NCBI GenBank assembly: GCA_964639725.1
Contig: CAZXFB010000016.1
Location: forward strand, 2,054-66,053
Origin: an uncultured Rikenellaceae bacterium
GTDB lineage: Bacteria > Bacteroidota > Bacteroidia > Bacteroidales > VadinHA17
Direction of reading: 5' to 3'
DNA: 64,000 bases
Both the position numbers and the translations under genes were made by a program. Under the pieces are notes generated by a model that saw only the letters and a list, made by a program, of their open reading frames with translations, was not told the origin of the DNA and searched no databases. Positions 30,189 through 40,755 of this stretch are shown piece after piece (positions within the stretch are counted from its first letter, which is position 1; each line of letters opens with the position of its first letter).

Positions 30189-31097
30189 TTAAGTCTGTTT
30201 GCTTGCTGCTGCAGAGAGGAGAATACTATCGTATTTTGCTTGTTCAGAATCTGATCTGGATGTAAGGACAATAGGAACCTGTGCTCCGAGAATTAAAGAA
30301 GCGACTTTTGCTTTTGCAAAGAATACAAGCGATTTATACAAAACATTTCCTACCTCTATATCCGGCATTATAAGAAGGTCAGTATCGCCTGCTACTTCAC
30401 TTTTAATTCCCTTATAATGAGCACTTTCATAACTTACTGCATTGTCAAAAGCAAGTGGTCCGTCAATAATACAATTCTTAATCTGATCACGTTGATTCAT
30501 CTTTGAGAGTAAGGCAGCATGAAGAGTTGCTTCCATGTTCTCATTAACCATTTCCACAGCTCCCAGAACAGCAACTTTTGGCATCTCATAACCTAACCTG
30601 TTAAGGCATGAAACTGCATTATTTACAATAGCTATCTTATCCTTCAGATTAGGTGCAATATTCATTGCCACATCTGTTACAGCAATAAGTTTATGATATG
30701 TTTCAACCTCAAAAAATGCAAAATGAGAAAGCAAGTGACCTGTTCTCAAACCCCAATCTTTATTCAGAGCACATTTCAGCAGTGTAGAAGTACCAACCTT
30801 TCCTTTCATCAGGACATCAGCCTGCTTATTATTTGCCATTTTTACTGCTATCTCAACCGATACTTCAGTAATAGGTTCATGAATTACTTTAAGTCCAGTT
30901 ATATCATAATTATTCGCATCACAAATATTCTCTATTTCTTCCTGGTCTCCAACAAGAATGGGTTCAATGATGTTATCCTTCCATGCTCTGATAACTGCAC
31001 TTAATGAATGCTGGTCCTGTGCTGCTGCCAGAACCAGTTTTCTTCTTGGTCCTATTAAGATACTTTCCTTTAGATCAGATAGTTTACGCAACACCAT
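30189..31097 (-). CDS. ptb: Phosphate butyryltransferase
   Basis: DVLMKG, TDVAMNIAP, DGPLAFDNA, GNVLYK, PIVLTSRSD. Confidence 0.9.
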   Translation of the reverse strand: MVLRKLSDLKESILIGPRRKLVLAAAQDQHSLSAVIRAWKDNIIEPILVGDQEEIENICDANNYDITGLKVIHEPITEVSVEIAVKMANNKQADVLMKGKVGTSTLLKCALNKDWGLRTGHLLSHFAFFEVETYHKLIAVTDVAMNIAPNLKDKIAIVNNAVSCLNRLGYEMPKVAVLGAVEMVNENMEATLHAALLSKMNQRDQIKNCIIDGPLAFDNAVSYESAHYKGIKSEVAGDTDLLIMPDIEVGNVLYKSLVFFAKAKVASLILGAQVPIVLTSRSDSEQAKYDSILLSAAASKQT

Positions 31098-31119
31098 TAT
31101 TTCTCTATTAGATTAATTT

Positions 31120-32331
31120 TTAAATTGTTTGATGTTCAACAATATAACGTGTATCGTTAGCTATAACACATTCTTCGTCCGTAGTAATGCACATGACTTT
31201 AACTTTGGATTTTGGTTTGGATATCGTTATATCTTTTCCCCTGGCATCCTGATTTGTTTTATCATCAAAGATAATTCCCAGGTTTTCCATATCTGAGCAG
31301 ATAAGCTTTCTCATGTTAAAGTCATTTTCCCCAACCCCGCCAGTAAATACAAGAAGATCGAGGCCATCGAGGACGGCAATATAAGAGCCAATGAATTTCT
31401 TTACCCTGTAAGCATACATTTTAAGTGCTAGAGTCGCTTTTTCATTACCCTCAGCTGATGCTTTCTCAAGGTCGCGCATATCGGATGATAACTGGGAAAT
31501 ACCTGCCACACCACTCTTCTTATTAATAAGATTATTTACACCCGTTACATTAAGATGTTCTTTATCTGCAATATAAATCAGAACACCTGGATCAATTTCT
31601 CCTGTTCGGGTACCCATAATAAGTCCGTCTACGGGTGTAAAACCCATTGAAGTATCGACTGATTGGCCATTTTTAATAGCAGTTATTGAGGCTCCATTAC
31701 CAAGATGACAGGTAATAATCTTGAGGTCTTTAATATTCTTCCCAAGGATTCTTGATGCTTTTAGTGCAACAAATTTATGACTGGTCCCATGATAACCATA
31801 TTTTCTGATCTTATATTTTTCATAATATTCATATGGAAGAGCATACATATAGGCATAATCTGGCATAGTCTGATGAAATGAGGTATCAAAAACAGCAACC
31901 TGAGGAACACCTGGAATTAGCCTCTCAACTGAGAGTATACCCTTAAGGTTGGCAGGATTATGAAGTGGTGCCAGGTCACTGCACATTTCAATATCTCTTT
32001 TAACATCATTATCAATAAGTACACTCTCTTTGTAATTTTCTCCTCCATTTACCACTCTGTGGCCAACGGCTTTTATTTCATTTATATTCTTAATAACCCC
32101 ATTCTTTTTGTCTGTAAGAACAGCCATTACCATATTGATACCTGTTGTATGATCGGGGATATCACTAATAGTTTTGTAAGTATCCCTACCTGTGGGTTTA
32201 TGGGTTAATACACTATCATTAAGGCCTATACGTTCCAGAAGACCTTTGGCAAGCAGAGCACACTCTTTACCCATATTAAAAATCTGATATTTTATCGAGG
32301 AGCTACCGCAGTTTAAAACTAGGATGATCAT
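31120..32331 (-). CDS. ackA: Acetate kinase
   Basis: LNCGSSSIKYQ, GHRVV, LAPLHNP, HGTSH, HLGNGAS. Confidence 0.97.
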   Translation of the reverse strand: MIILVLNCGSSSIKYQIFNMGKECALLAKGLLERIGLNDSVLTHKPTGRDTYKTISDIPDHTTGINMVMAVLTDKKNGVIKNINEIKAVGHRVVNGGENYKESVLIDNDVKRDIEMCSDLAPLHNPANLKGILSVERLIPGVPQVAVFDTSFHQTMPDYAYMYALPYEYYEKYKIRKYGYHGTSHKFVALKASRILGKNIKDLKIITCHLGNGASITAIKNGQSVDTSMGFTPVDGLIMGTRTGEIDPGVLIYIADKEHLNVTGVNNLINKKSGVAGISQLSSDMRDLEKASAEGNEKATLALKMYAYRVKKFIGSYIAVLDGLDLLVFTGGVGENDFNMRKLICSDMENLGIIFDDKTNQDARGKDITISKPKSKVKVMCITTDEECVIANDTRYIVEHQTI

Positions 32332-32363
32332 ATTTCTTATGAATAATATTATATAAAAGAAGA

Positions 32364-33368
32364 TTATTTATTACCAGCAGCCTGGTTTGATGTGATAGCA
32401 ATCATGCTTACAATGTCACTTACGGAACATCCACGGGAAAGATCGTTAATTGGAGCAGCCATTCCCTGAAGAATTGGACCGATAGCCTCAGCATGAGCAA
32501 GGCGCTGTACAAGTTTATAAGCAATATTACCTGAATTAAGATCAGGGAAGATAAGAACATTGGCTTTGCCGGCAATAGAGCTTCCGGGAGCTTTGCTCTT
32601 ACCTATAGCCTCTATAAGAGCAGCATCGCCCTGAAGTTCACCGTCAATCATAATATCAGGAGCCATCTGCTTGGCAATTCTTGTAGCATTTACAACTTTG
32701 TCAACTGATTCATGTTTTGCACTTCCTTTGGTTGAGAAGCTTAGAAGAGCTACCTTAGGCTCAAATCCTCCAATGGCTTTTGCAGTATGGGCAGTAGCAA
32801 CAGCAATTTCAGCTAACTCTTTTTCATTTGGATTCGGATGAACAGCTCCATCTGCAAATATTAAAACTCCGTTCTCCCCAAAATTTTTATCAGGAAGTAT
32901 CATAATAAATGCTCCGGAAACAACTGAAATCCCCGGAGCTGTTTTTACATAGTGAAAAGCAGGTCTCAAAACATCACCGGTAGAATGATCTGCTCCTGAA
33001 ACCTCACCATCTGCATCACCATTTTTTATCATCAGAACACCCAGATAAAGAGGGTCCTCAATTAATTTAGAGGCCTCCTCTATTGTCATTCCTTTACTTT
33101 TCCGAAGTTCGACCATAAGGTCAATATAATGTGCTTTTTTTGCATGAGACTTTGGGTTAATTATGGTAGCTTTCCCGATATTTGATAAGCCGAGTTTCGC
33201 TGCATGTGATTTAATTTCATCGGGATCTCCTATTAAAATAATCTGAGCAAGTCCATCTTTTATAGCTATATCAGCTGCCTGAATTGTCCTCTCTTCATAC
33301 CCTTCTGGCAGTACAATACGTTTGTTATGTTTTTTTGCATTAAGTTTGATTCTGTCTAATAATTCCAT
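32364..33368 (-). CDS. pta: Phosphate acetyltransferase
   Basis: RIVLPEG, LSFSTKGS, DGELQGDAA, GNIAYK, NDLSRGC. Confidence 0.97.
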   Translation of the reverse strand: MELLDRIKLNAKKHNKRIVLPEGYEERTIQAADIAIKDGLAQIILIGDPDEIKSHAAKLGLSNIGKATIINPKSHAKKAHYIDLMVELRKSKGMTIEEASKLIEDPLYLGVLMIKNGDADGEVSGADHSTGDVLRPAFHYVKTAPGISVVSGAFIMILPDKNFGENGVLIFADGAVHPNPNEKELAEIAVATAHTAKAIGGFEPKVALLSFSTKGSAKHESVDKVVNATRIAKQMAPDIMIDGELQGDAALIEAIGKSKAPGSSIAGKANVLIFPDLNSGNIAYKLVQRLAHAEAIGPILQGMAAPINDLSRGCSVSDIVSMIAITSNQAAGNK

Positions 33369-33556
33369 TGTATATCAATATTTTAATAAGTTCGAAAAAT
33401 CTTCATAAATGTACGGAAATAAAGTTCGATTAAAAAATTTTGAAATACATGATTAATATCAGTATTAGGATTATTTACATAAAAATATTTTTAGATAGAA
33501 ATAACCTTAAAACTTTAATAAATCATTTTCCTAAATTAGCGCAATTTTAAAACTAT

Positions 33557-36493
33557 ATGGGAAAGACTACATTTAACTTGAGGCTGGATGAACTCAGCAG
33601 AAATCTTGATGGTGATCTGAAGTACGACAATATCACAACAACAATTTATTCGACAGATGCTTCTGTATACAAAGAGCTACCACTTGCAGTAGCCTGGCCA
33701 AAGAATAAATCGGATATAAAAAAGATTTTACACTTCGCTGCGGAAGAGAAAATCAGTGTGACAATGAGAGCTGCAGGGACCTCATTGGCAGGTCAGGTTG
33801 TCAGTTCTGGTATCATAGTTGACATATCAAAGTATTTGAACAGGATACTTGAGATTAATATAGATGAGAAATGGGTCAGGGTTGAGCCGGGAGTAGTGCT
33901 TGATGAACTGAACTTAAAGCTCAGGGAAACCGGACTCTTTTTTGGGCCTGAAACTTCAACATCCAACCGGTGCAATATTGGCGGCATGGTTGGCAATAAT
34001 GCATGTGGCTCACATTCTGTGATTTACGGATCAACAAGAGACCACACGATTGAACTCGAGACTTTACTCAGTGATGGTAGTGAAGTGATTTTTGGTCCTA
34101 TTAATAAGGATAAGTTTAATGAAAAATGCAACCTTAAAAATCTTGAAGGAACTATTTACCGTAACATAAGAAATATCCTGAGTGATCCTGATAACAGGCA
34201 GAGTATAACTGATCAATATCCTGATCCATCCATCCCACGGAGAAACACAGGATATGCTTTAGATCTTTTACTGAAATCTGAGATATTTGATGAAAAGTCA
34301 GATACAAAATTTAATTTCTGCAAACTCCTCGCGGGATCCGAAGGGACATTGGCTGTTACGACTGGAATTAAACTGAATCTGGTATCTGTTCCTGCTCCTA
34401 ATAAAGCTGTAGTCTGTATTCACCTTAAAAAAAGAAACGAAGCTTTTAAAGCAAATCTGATCGCATTAAAATATAAGCCTTCAGCTGTTGAAATGATGGA
34501 TGACAGAATCCTTGAATTAACTGAAGATAACATAAGCCAGAGAAAAAACCGGTTCTTCCTGGAGGGGAAACCTGCTGCTATTGTTATTGTAGAATTTGTA
34601 AGGGAACGATCAGAAGAGATTGAGTCAGATTCCAACGGAATGATTAGTGAACTTAAAAATGCAGGTTACGGGTATGCATTTCCTGTGATCAGAGGAAAGG
34701 ATATTTCACGAGTCTGGGATCTCAGAAAAGCTGGTCTTGGTGTACTCGCCAACATGAAAGGTGATTCAAAACCTGTTTCACTTATCGAAGATACTGCAAT
34801 AAATGTTGAGCAGATGCCAGAATATATTGAAGAGTTTGAGAAAATGCTTGCTGTTTACGATAAAGAGGTTGTTTATCATGCACATATCGGCACCGGGGAG
34901 CTGCATATAAGACCTATCCTAAATCTTAAAAGTCCGGAAGATGTGGAGCTCTTCAGGGTCCTTGGAAGAGAGACGGCAAAACTTGTAAAAAGGTTCAGGG
35001 GATCAATGAGCGGGGAACATGGTGACGGAAGGCTTAGGGGGGAATTCATACCAATAATACTGGGCGATCACAACTATGAGTTGCTTAAAGAAGTAAAGTC
35101 ATCATGGGATCCTGAAGGAATTCTTAATCCTGGAAAGATCACCGATACGGTACCGATGAATACTTTTCTGAGGTATATACCCGGGAAGATCATTCCTGAG
35201 ATTGAAACTATTTTTGACTTCTCAGCAACTGGGGGGATACTCAGAGCAGCAGAAAAATGTAATGGATCAGGCGATTGTCGAAAATCAAAGATTATCGGTG
35301 GGACAATGTGTCCAAGTTTCATGGCGACAGATGATGAAAAAAACAGTACACGTGCCAGAGCTAATATTTTAAGAGAGTTCCTTGACAAGGAAGACAATAA
35401 TTACTGGGACCACCAGGAGATATACGAAATACTTGACCTGTGTCTTGGTTGTAAAGGTTGCAAATCAGAGTGCCCTTCAGGAGTTGATATTGCTAAAATG
35501 AAATCTGAATTTCTTCAACACTGGTATGACAGGCATGGTATTCCTATAAGAACAAAATTAATAGCATACATATCAGTTTTTAACCGTATAGGATCTTATT
35601 TTCCAATTGTTTATAACTTTTTTCTAAAGAACAGGATTACTTCAGGGTTGCTTAAAAAAACTATTGGTTTTGCTTCTGCAAGGAGTATACCTTTATTATA
35701 TAGAACCACTCTTAAAAGATGGATAAACCAAAATCTTCAGCAAATTAACCCTAAGGATCCAAGAGGATCTGTCTGTCTTTTTATTGATGAATTCACTGAC
35801 TATAATGATACGGAGATTGGAATTATTTCAATCAAACTCCTTACATCCTTAGGGTATAAAGTCGAAGTTATTAAACACGAAGTAAGTGCAAGGACATTTC
35901 TGTCAAAAGGTTTGTTACGCAGTGCAAAAAAGATCATTATCAAAAATATTGAATTATTGAGTAGAAAGGTCTCTGAGGATCTGCCTCTGGTTGGAATAGA
36001 ACCTTCAGCTATTCTAGGATTCCGGGATGAATATCCTGAGCTTGCAGGCGAAGGTTTGAGGGAATCTGCTAAAAAACTGGCAGGTAACAGTTACTTATTT
36101 GAAGAATTCATATCAAAAGAATTCAAATCCGGAAATATAACTAGAAATATGTTTAATGAAGAAAAGGTTCAAATTCTTCTTCATGCGCATTGCCAGCAAA
36201 AAGCAATCTCTTCCTCAGCCTGTTCCATTGAAATGCTTTCTATTCCAAAGAATTTTACTGTAAAGGAAATACCATCAGGTTGTTGCGGTATGGCGGGATC
36301 GTTTGGATACGAAAAGGAGCACTTTGATCTATCTAATAAAATCGGGGAGTTAATCCTATTCCCGGAGATACGTGAAAGTTCAATAGATACAGTCATAGTG
36401 GCACCTGGAACAAGTTGCAGGCACCATATTAAAGATGGAACAGGAAGGAGGGCATTACATCCGGTAGAAGTACTATATAAAGCGCTTAAATAA
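33557..36493 (+). CDS. FAD-linked oxidase with 4Fe-4S and CCG domains (D-lactate/glycolate dehydrogenase-like)
   Basis: AGTSLAGQ, GSEGTL, SGEHGDG, CxxCxxCxxxCP, HAHCQQ, CCGMAG. Confidence 0.88.
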   Translation: MGKTTFNLRLDELSRNLDGDLKYDNITTTIYSTDASVYKELPLAVAWPKNKSDIKKILHFAAEEKISVTMRAAGTSLAGQVVSSGIIVDISKYLNRILEINIDEKWVRVEPGVVLDELNLKLRETGLFFGPETSTSNRCNIGGMVGNNACGSHSVIYGSTRDHTIELETLLSDGSEVIFGPINKDKFNEKCNLKNLEGTIYRNIRNILSDPDNRQSITDQYPDPSIPRRNTGYALDLLLKSEIFDEKSDTKFNFCKLLAGSEGTLAVTTGIKLNLVSVPAPNKAVVCIHLKKRNEAFKANLIALKYKPSAVEMMDDRILELTEDNISQRKNRFFLEGKPAAIVIVEFVRERSEEIESDSNGMISELKNAGYGYAFPVIRGKDISRVWDLRKAGLGVLANMKGDSKPVSLIEDTAINVEQMPEYIEEFEKMLAVYDKEVVYHAHIGTGELHIRPILNLKSPEDVELFRVLGRETAKLVKRFRGSMSGEHGDGRLRGEFIPIILGDHNYELLKEVKSSWDPEGILNPGKITDTVPMNTFLRYIPGKIIPEIETIFDFSATGGILRAAEKCNGSGDCRKSKIIGGTMCPSFMATDDEKNSTRARANILREFLDKEDNNYWDHQEIYEILDLCLGCKGCKSECPSGVDIAKMKSEFLQHWYDRHGIPIRTKLIAYISVFNRIGSYFPIVYNFFLKNRITSGLLKKTIGFASARSIPLLYRTTLKRWINQNLQQINPKDPRGSVCLFIDEFTDYNDTEIGIISIKLLTSLGYKVEVIKHEVSARTFLSKGLLRSAKKIIIKNIELLSRKVSEDLPLVGIEPSAILGFRDEYPELAGEGLRESAKKLAGNSYLFEEFISKEFKSGNITRNMFNEEKVQILLHAHCQQKAISSSACSIEMLSIPKNFTVKEIPSGCCGMAGSFGYEKEHFDLSNKIGELILFPEIRESSIDTVIVAPGTSCRHHIKDGTGRRALHPVEVLYKALK

Positions 36494-36522
36494 TAATACA
36501 AAGAACAATTTGGGCAATTGAA

Positions 36523-36593
36523 GATCCTCACCGTAAGCTGCCGAAGGAAACCGAGCTTGTGAGCTCGGCTAAGCCAATGCTCTCGCTGGGATT
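36523..36593 (-). ncRNA. Structured intergenic RNA, probably Flavo-1-like
   Basis: GC-rich island between convergent genes; minus strand ATCCC..AGAGCATTGG-[AGCCGAGC TCACAA GCTCGGTT]-TTCGGCAGCT..GGAT nested stems; family assignment from memory only. Confidence 0.5.
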
Positions 36594-36623
36594 ATGAAGA
36601 GTAACTCGGATATAATGACTTAA

Positions 36624-37394
36624 TTAAGATTTAATAGTAAAATCATCTGAATCCAGTAAAACAGGAAACTTAATGCGGCATTCTGATAAGTAATCCATTG
36701 ATATTTCATCAGTTACCATACATTCTATGTTTTGATCCGCTGAGATGCAAAGCATACCGTTTGGATCAAAGATCAGTGAATCACCACAATACTTAACACC
36801 AATTCCATCCATACCGATTCTGTTTGAACCTGCAACATAACATTGATTCTCTATAGCTCTAGCTTTTAAAAGAGCAATCCAGATATCTCGCCTAGATTCA
36901 GGCCAGTTAGCAGAATTAATGAGCAGGTCATATTCATTTCTGTTGCGGCACCAGACAGGGAAGCGGAGGTCATAGCAAACAATAGCACATATTCTTACTC
37001 CTCTGAATGTGAATACCTGTTTTTCATTCCCACGACAAAAGTATTTATCCTCACTACTCATGCTGAATAGATGTCGTTTATTATAATACCACGACTCTCT
37101 ATCAGGGGAAACAAAGATCCATCTGTTATAAAAGCAATCATTTTCCTTTACTATATAGCTGCCACATATTGCTGAGTTAGTTTTTTTTGTGATACTGATC
37201 ATCCAATCAAAAGTTATTGATTCAGGTGATTCATACAATATTTCAGGATTCATCGAGAAGCCTGTATTAAACATTTCAGGAAGGATTATAATGTCAGTTT
37301 CAACAGTTGTTGAAGATATTATCTTTTCGAGATTACGAAAATTAGCTTTTTTATCATGCCATATAATATCGGGTTGGATAATTGATAACTTCAT
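36624..37394 (-). CDS. Carbon-nitrogen hydrolase (YafV/omega-amidase-like)
   Basis: LPEMF, YNKRHLF, VCYDLRFP catalytic E-K-C triad; ARAIENQ. Confidence 0.9.
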   Translation of the reverse strand: MKLSIIQPDIIWHDKKANFRNLEKIISSTTVETDIIILPEMFNTGFSMNPEILYESPESITFDWMISITKKTNSAICGSYIVKENDCFYNRWIFVSPDRESWYYNKRHLFSMSSEDKYFCRGNEKQVFTFRGVRICAIVCYDLRFPVWCRNRNEYDLLINSANWPESRRDIWIALLKARAIENQCYVAGSNRIGMDGIGVKYCGDSLIFDPNGMLCISADQNIECMVTDEISMDYLSECRIKFPVLLDSDDFTIKS

Positions 37395-37427
37395 GTTTCT
37401 AGATTAAGGTTTGAATAGGCATAATAT

Positions 37428-37456
37428 AAAAAAGTACAGGTGAAACACCTGTACTT
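37428..37456 (-). terminator. Intrinsic terminator
   Basis: Perfect stem AAGTACAGGTG-AAA-CACCTGTACTT with a U-tract on the minus strand. Confidence 0.8.
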
Positions 37457-37478
37457 CAGATATGGAAGGTCAGGATTT

Positions 37479-38633
37479 CTATTTCTTTTCTAATGAATTA
37501 TAGTAATCTGTAAAAATCCCATTTATCAGCGGCTTATAATAGAGCCAGAAGAATCTTCTAATATCATCTGGTTTATCCGAATAGAGGATACCTTTAAGTT
37601 TATCCACTCCTTTGAAACGGGATGTCCAAACCGGAACATCCGTATTGGCAAAATCTCCTGAAAAATAATATGTCCGCTGAGAGGAAGGCTCCTGTATCAC
37701 GGCGGGAAATTTGCTGAGAAGATTATTACTGAGGAGCAGTGTATCGCCAATGCTGGTTGTTTCCAGTTTGAAACTGGAAATAACATTACTTGACATTGGA
37801 TCAATTATATCAAACCATTTGTCAAAAGCCACAGACTCTGTTAATCCCCATTTTGCTATGAACAGCGAATCAGTAAGAATATGAGGCATAGCATTTTTAA
37901 GATGGACTCCCTCTTCCAGAACAATTATCTCTTTCTCCTTAAGAAGAACAATTCCTGGTTTGGAAAAATCCCATGTTTTCTTATACTGCTTTTTATACAT
38001 TGCAGTCATCCAGATTGGGAAATTTTCACCTGTTGTGTCGAGTGTGGCAAAGTACTTACCAGTCCAACCTGAGAATGTGATCCCAAGTTTCTCCTGTGTC
38101 CTTACGGATTCGTATTGTGCAGTGGGATAGTCAAAAGTATTATATTCAAGAATTATCAGTTTATTGCGGTCTTTCATCTCTTTAATGAGCAGGTTGTCGT
38201 TATTATTCAGCCCTCCATAAATCTTTCTTGATTTTCTGCTTTTGTTGACGCCCATATACCAGTCATTGAAGAATATTCCGTAAGTATCAGTGAAATAAAT
38301 AGCATCATTTTTCTGGGCAAGTTCAAGAATATCAGTTAAACGATATTCATTTTTTTTACTTCCTTTTTCCCTGAGGGGTCTGGTTGGTGAGAAACCATAG
38401 TAATCCTTAATATATGAATAGCTGCGCTTATTATCTTTTTTTACAAATCTTTCATTGGTCAGAATCCAGTTAAATGATTTGTGTTTTTCACGTTCAAGAG
38501 TTGGGACAGTTTTGTCAACGATCACAATATCCATTGGCTTCTTCTGTTGAAAAGTCCAACGGATCAGATTAACTACCGGCAACGCGATTATTACTGCCAG
38601 GATGATAATTACAATTAGAAGAGGTTTTTTCAT
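37479..38633 (-). CDS. Membrane-anchored hypothetical protein
   Basis: 384-aa ORF, N-terminal TM; motifs VDKTVP..REKH, YFTDTYG, WTGKYF, YYFSGDF. Confidence 0.7.
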   Translation of the reverse strand: MKKPLLIVIIILAVIIALPVVNLIRWTFQQKKPMDIVIVDKTVPTLEREKHKSFNWILTNERFVKKDNKRSYSYIKDYYGFSPTRPLREKGSKKNEYRLTDILELAQKNDAIYFTDTYGIFFNDWYMGVNKSRKSRKIYGGLNNNDNLLIKEMKDRNKLIILEYNTFDYPTAQYESVRTQEKLGITFSGWTGKYFATLDTTGENFPIWMTAMYKKQYKKTWDFSKPGIVLLKEKEIIVLEEGVHLKNAMPHILTDSLFIAKWGLTESVAFDKWFDIIDPMSSNVISSFKLETTSIGDTLLLSNNLLSKFPAVIQEPSSQRTYYFSGDFANTDVPVWTSRFKGVDKLKGILYSDKPDDIRRFFWLYYKPLINGIFTDYYNSLEKK

Positions 38634-38785
38634 AACTGAATATATATCTGAAAGTATTCAAATACAATTATTATTATAATCAATTTTTTTCTAAAACAAT
38701 TTCAGTTGTTAAAAGTATTAATTTATTTTTTTTAAAGAAAATAAATTTGAAGCAATTTAGTAAAAATTATTTAACCACAAAACTA

Positions 38786-40495
38786 TCAGTATCCGCAAGC
38801 TATATTATTTCCTCTATTATCTGCACCCCCTGTTTTTTTGCCATCTGATAATATTTGTATCGCATTCACTCTGCCTATTGAAGTGCGGGATACTAGTTCA
38901 TGTCCGATTTGTTGTAATTTCAGAACTGTAGCAGAATCAATGGAATGTTCCTCATAGCTTATCAGATCGGGGAGCCATTGGTGGTGAAACCTGCCTTTAT
39001 CAACTGCTTCCTGAATGTTCATACTGAAATCAATAGAATTGATCAGAACCTGAAAAACTGAAGTAGGAATTGTCGATCCCCCGGGGGAACCAAGTATAAG
39101 AAAGAGTTTTCCCTCTTTTTCAACTATAACAGGAGTCATAGAGCTTAACATTCTTTTTCCGGGTTTAACAGAGTTTGCTTCCCCTCCCACTAATCCAAAC
39201 ATATTCGGAAATCCGGGTTTAATGGAGAAGTCGTCCATTTGATTATTGAGAATGAAACCAGCGCTGTCAACAACGATACTTGAACCAAAAGTACCATTTA
39301 ATGTGGTTGTAGCTGAAACAGCATTGCCTGAAGCATCAACAACTGAATAATGTGTTGTCTCAGTACTCTCATTTATAGAAGGAAGACCAAATGAAATATC
39401 TTTTGATAATGAGGCTTTCTGTTTATTGAATGTTGACATCCGGTCAGAGATATATTTTTTATCAATCAGGCCTTTAACAGGAATTTTTACAAAATCCGGA
39501 TCTCCCATATATTCAGCACGATCGGCAAATGCTCTTCTTTCTGCTTCAGCAATAAGATGGATATTCTGCCAGGAATGGAAACCAATTTCTTTCAGATTAT
39601 AAGGTTCAACCATCCCCAGCAACTGGGCAAGTATTAAGCCCCCTGAAGAAGGAGGTGGTACTGTAATTATCTTATATCCCCTGTAATCTGTTTTTAATGG
39701 ATTCCTGAATTGAGCCCGGTAGTCCAAAAGATCCTTTTCTGCAATAATACCGTTACCGCGTTTCATTTCATTTACTATATACCTTGCAGTAGTACCTGAA
39801 TAAAAACCAGCTCTTCCCAAATCTCTAATGAGTTTCAGAGTATTAGCAAGAAACGGCTGACGCAGAGTATCTCCTTCTCTCCATAAAGAGTCTTTTACAA
39901 AAGCAGGCCTGGTTGCATTTCTCAATATAAAATTTTTCCTGTTGGCATTTAAATCTAAAGCCTGAAGCTTAGAAACAGGAAATCCTTTCTCAGCCAGGTC
40001 AATTGCAGGTTGTATTACATCCTTAAAGGAAATCATCCCGTATTTTGAATGTGCTGTTATCATTCCATCCACTGTACCAGGGACTCCACTTGCCAGATGT
40101 GTATCAGTACTATATCCTTCCCTGACATTTCCATTGGGATCAAGATACATATCTCTTGAAGCTTTCATTGGAGCCTTCTCCCTGTAGTCAATTACTTCAG
40201 TCCTTCCATCATTTGTACGAATAACCATAAAACCACCACCGCCAATATTACCAGCTTCAGGATAACAGACTGCAAGTGCAAACTCTGTTGCAACAGCAGC
40301 ATCTATTGCATTCCCTCCTTTCTGTAATATGGAGACCCCTATCCTGGAACTCTCTGCAATTGCAGATGAAACCATACCACTATTTGCAACTATGTTACGC
40401 CCTTCAACAGTTCCTGAGTTTGTAACCTTTTCGTTACTTACACATCCTGAAAGGATTAATGCAAAAGAAAATAAATAACCCAAATATCTTTTCAT
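38786..40495 (-). CDS. ggt: Gamma-glutamyltransferase (lipoprotein)
   Basis: GGNAIDAAVA, DYRE.AP, ETTHYS autocleavage Thr, LSSMTP, GSPGG; lipobox LSGC from ATG 40495. Confidence 0.95.
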   Translation of the reverse strand: MKRYLGYLFSFALILSGCVSNEKVTNSGTVEGRNIVANSGMVSSAIAESSRIGVSILQKGGNAIDAAVATEFALAVCYPEAGNIGGGGFMVIRTNDGRTEVIDYREKAPMKASRDMYLDPNGNVREGYSTDTHLASGVPGTVDGMITAHSKYGMISFKDVIQPAIDLAEKGFPVSKLQALDLNANRKNFILRNATRPAFVKDSLWREGDTLRQPFLANTLKLIRDLGRAGFYSGTTARYIVNEMKRGNGIIAEKDLLDYRAQFRNPLKTDYRGYKIITVPPPSSGGLILAQLLGMVEPYNLKEIGFHSWQNIHLIAEAERRAFADRAEYMGDPDFVKIPVKGLIDKKYISDRMSTFNKQKASLSKDISFGLPSINESTETTHYSVVDASGNAVSATTTLNGTFGSSIVVDSAGFILNNQMDDFSIKPGFPNMFGLVGGEANSVKPGKRMLSSMTPVIVEKEGKLFLILGSPGGSTIPTSVFQVLINSIDFSMNIQEAVDKGRFHHQWLPDLISYEEHSIDSATVLKLQQIGHELVSRTSIGRVNAIQILSDGKKTGGADNRGNNIACGY

Positions 40496-40755
40496 ACAAA
40501 TAAAATTAAGTAGATGCTCATTCTGGTTTAATGCAGTAGTAAATTCTTTCATTCTTTAAATTTGATAAAATTCATCCATTATGGTATTAACTGAAGAATA
40601 TCTAAATATTTAAAATGAATGTCAAAAGAAACAAAGGTATCATATATATCAAAACTATTGCAGCCCAGATTTGGGGAAAATTATAATTAAAACACCAGGT
40701 GAAGTTGAATCATAGAACTGAGATTGTTTTATTACTTTTGCATAAAATTTTCAAT

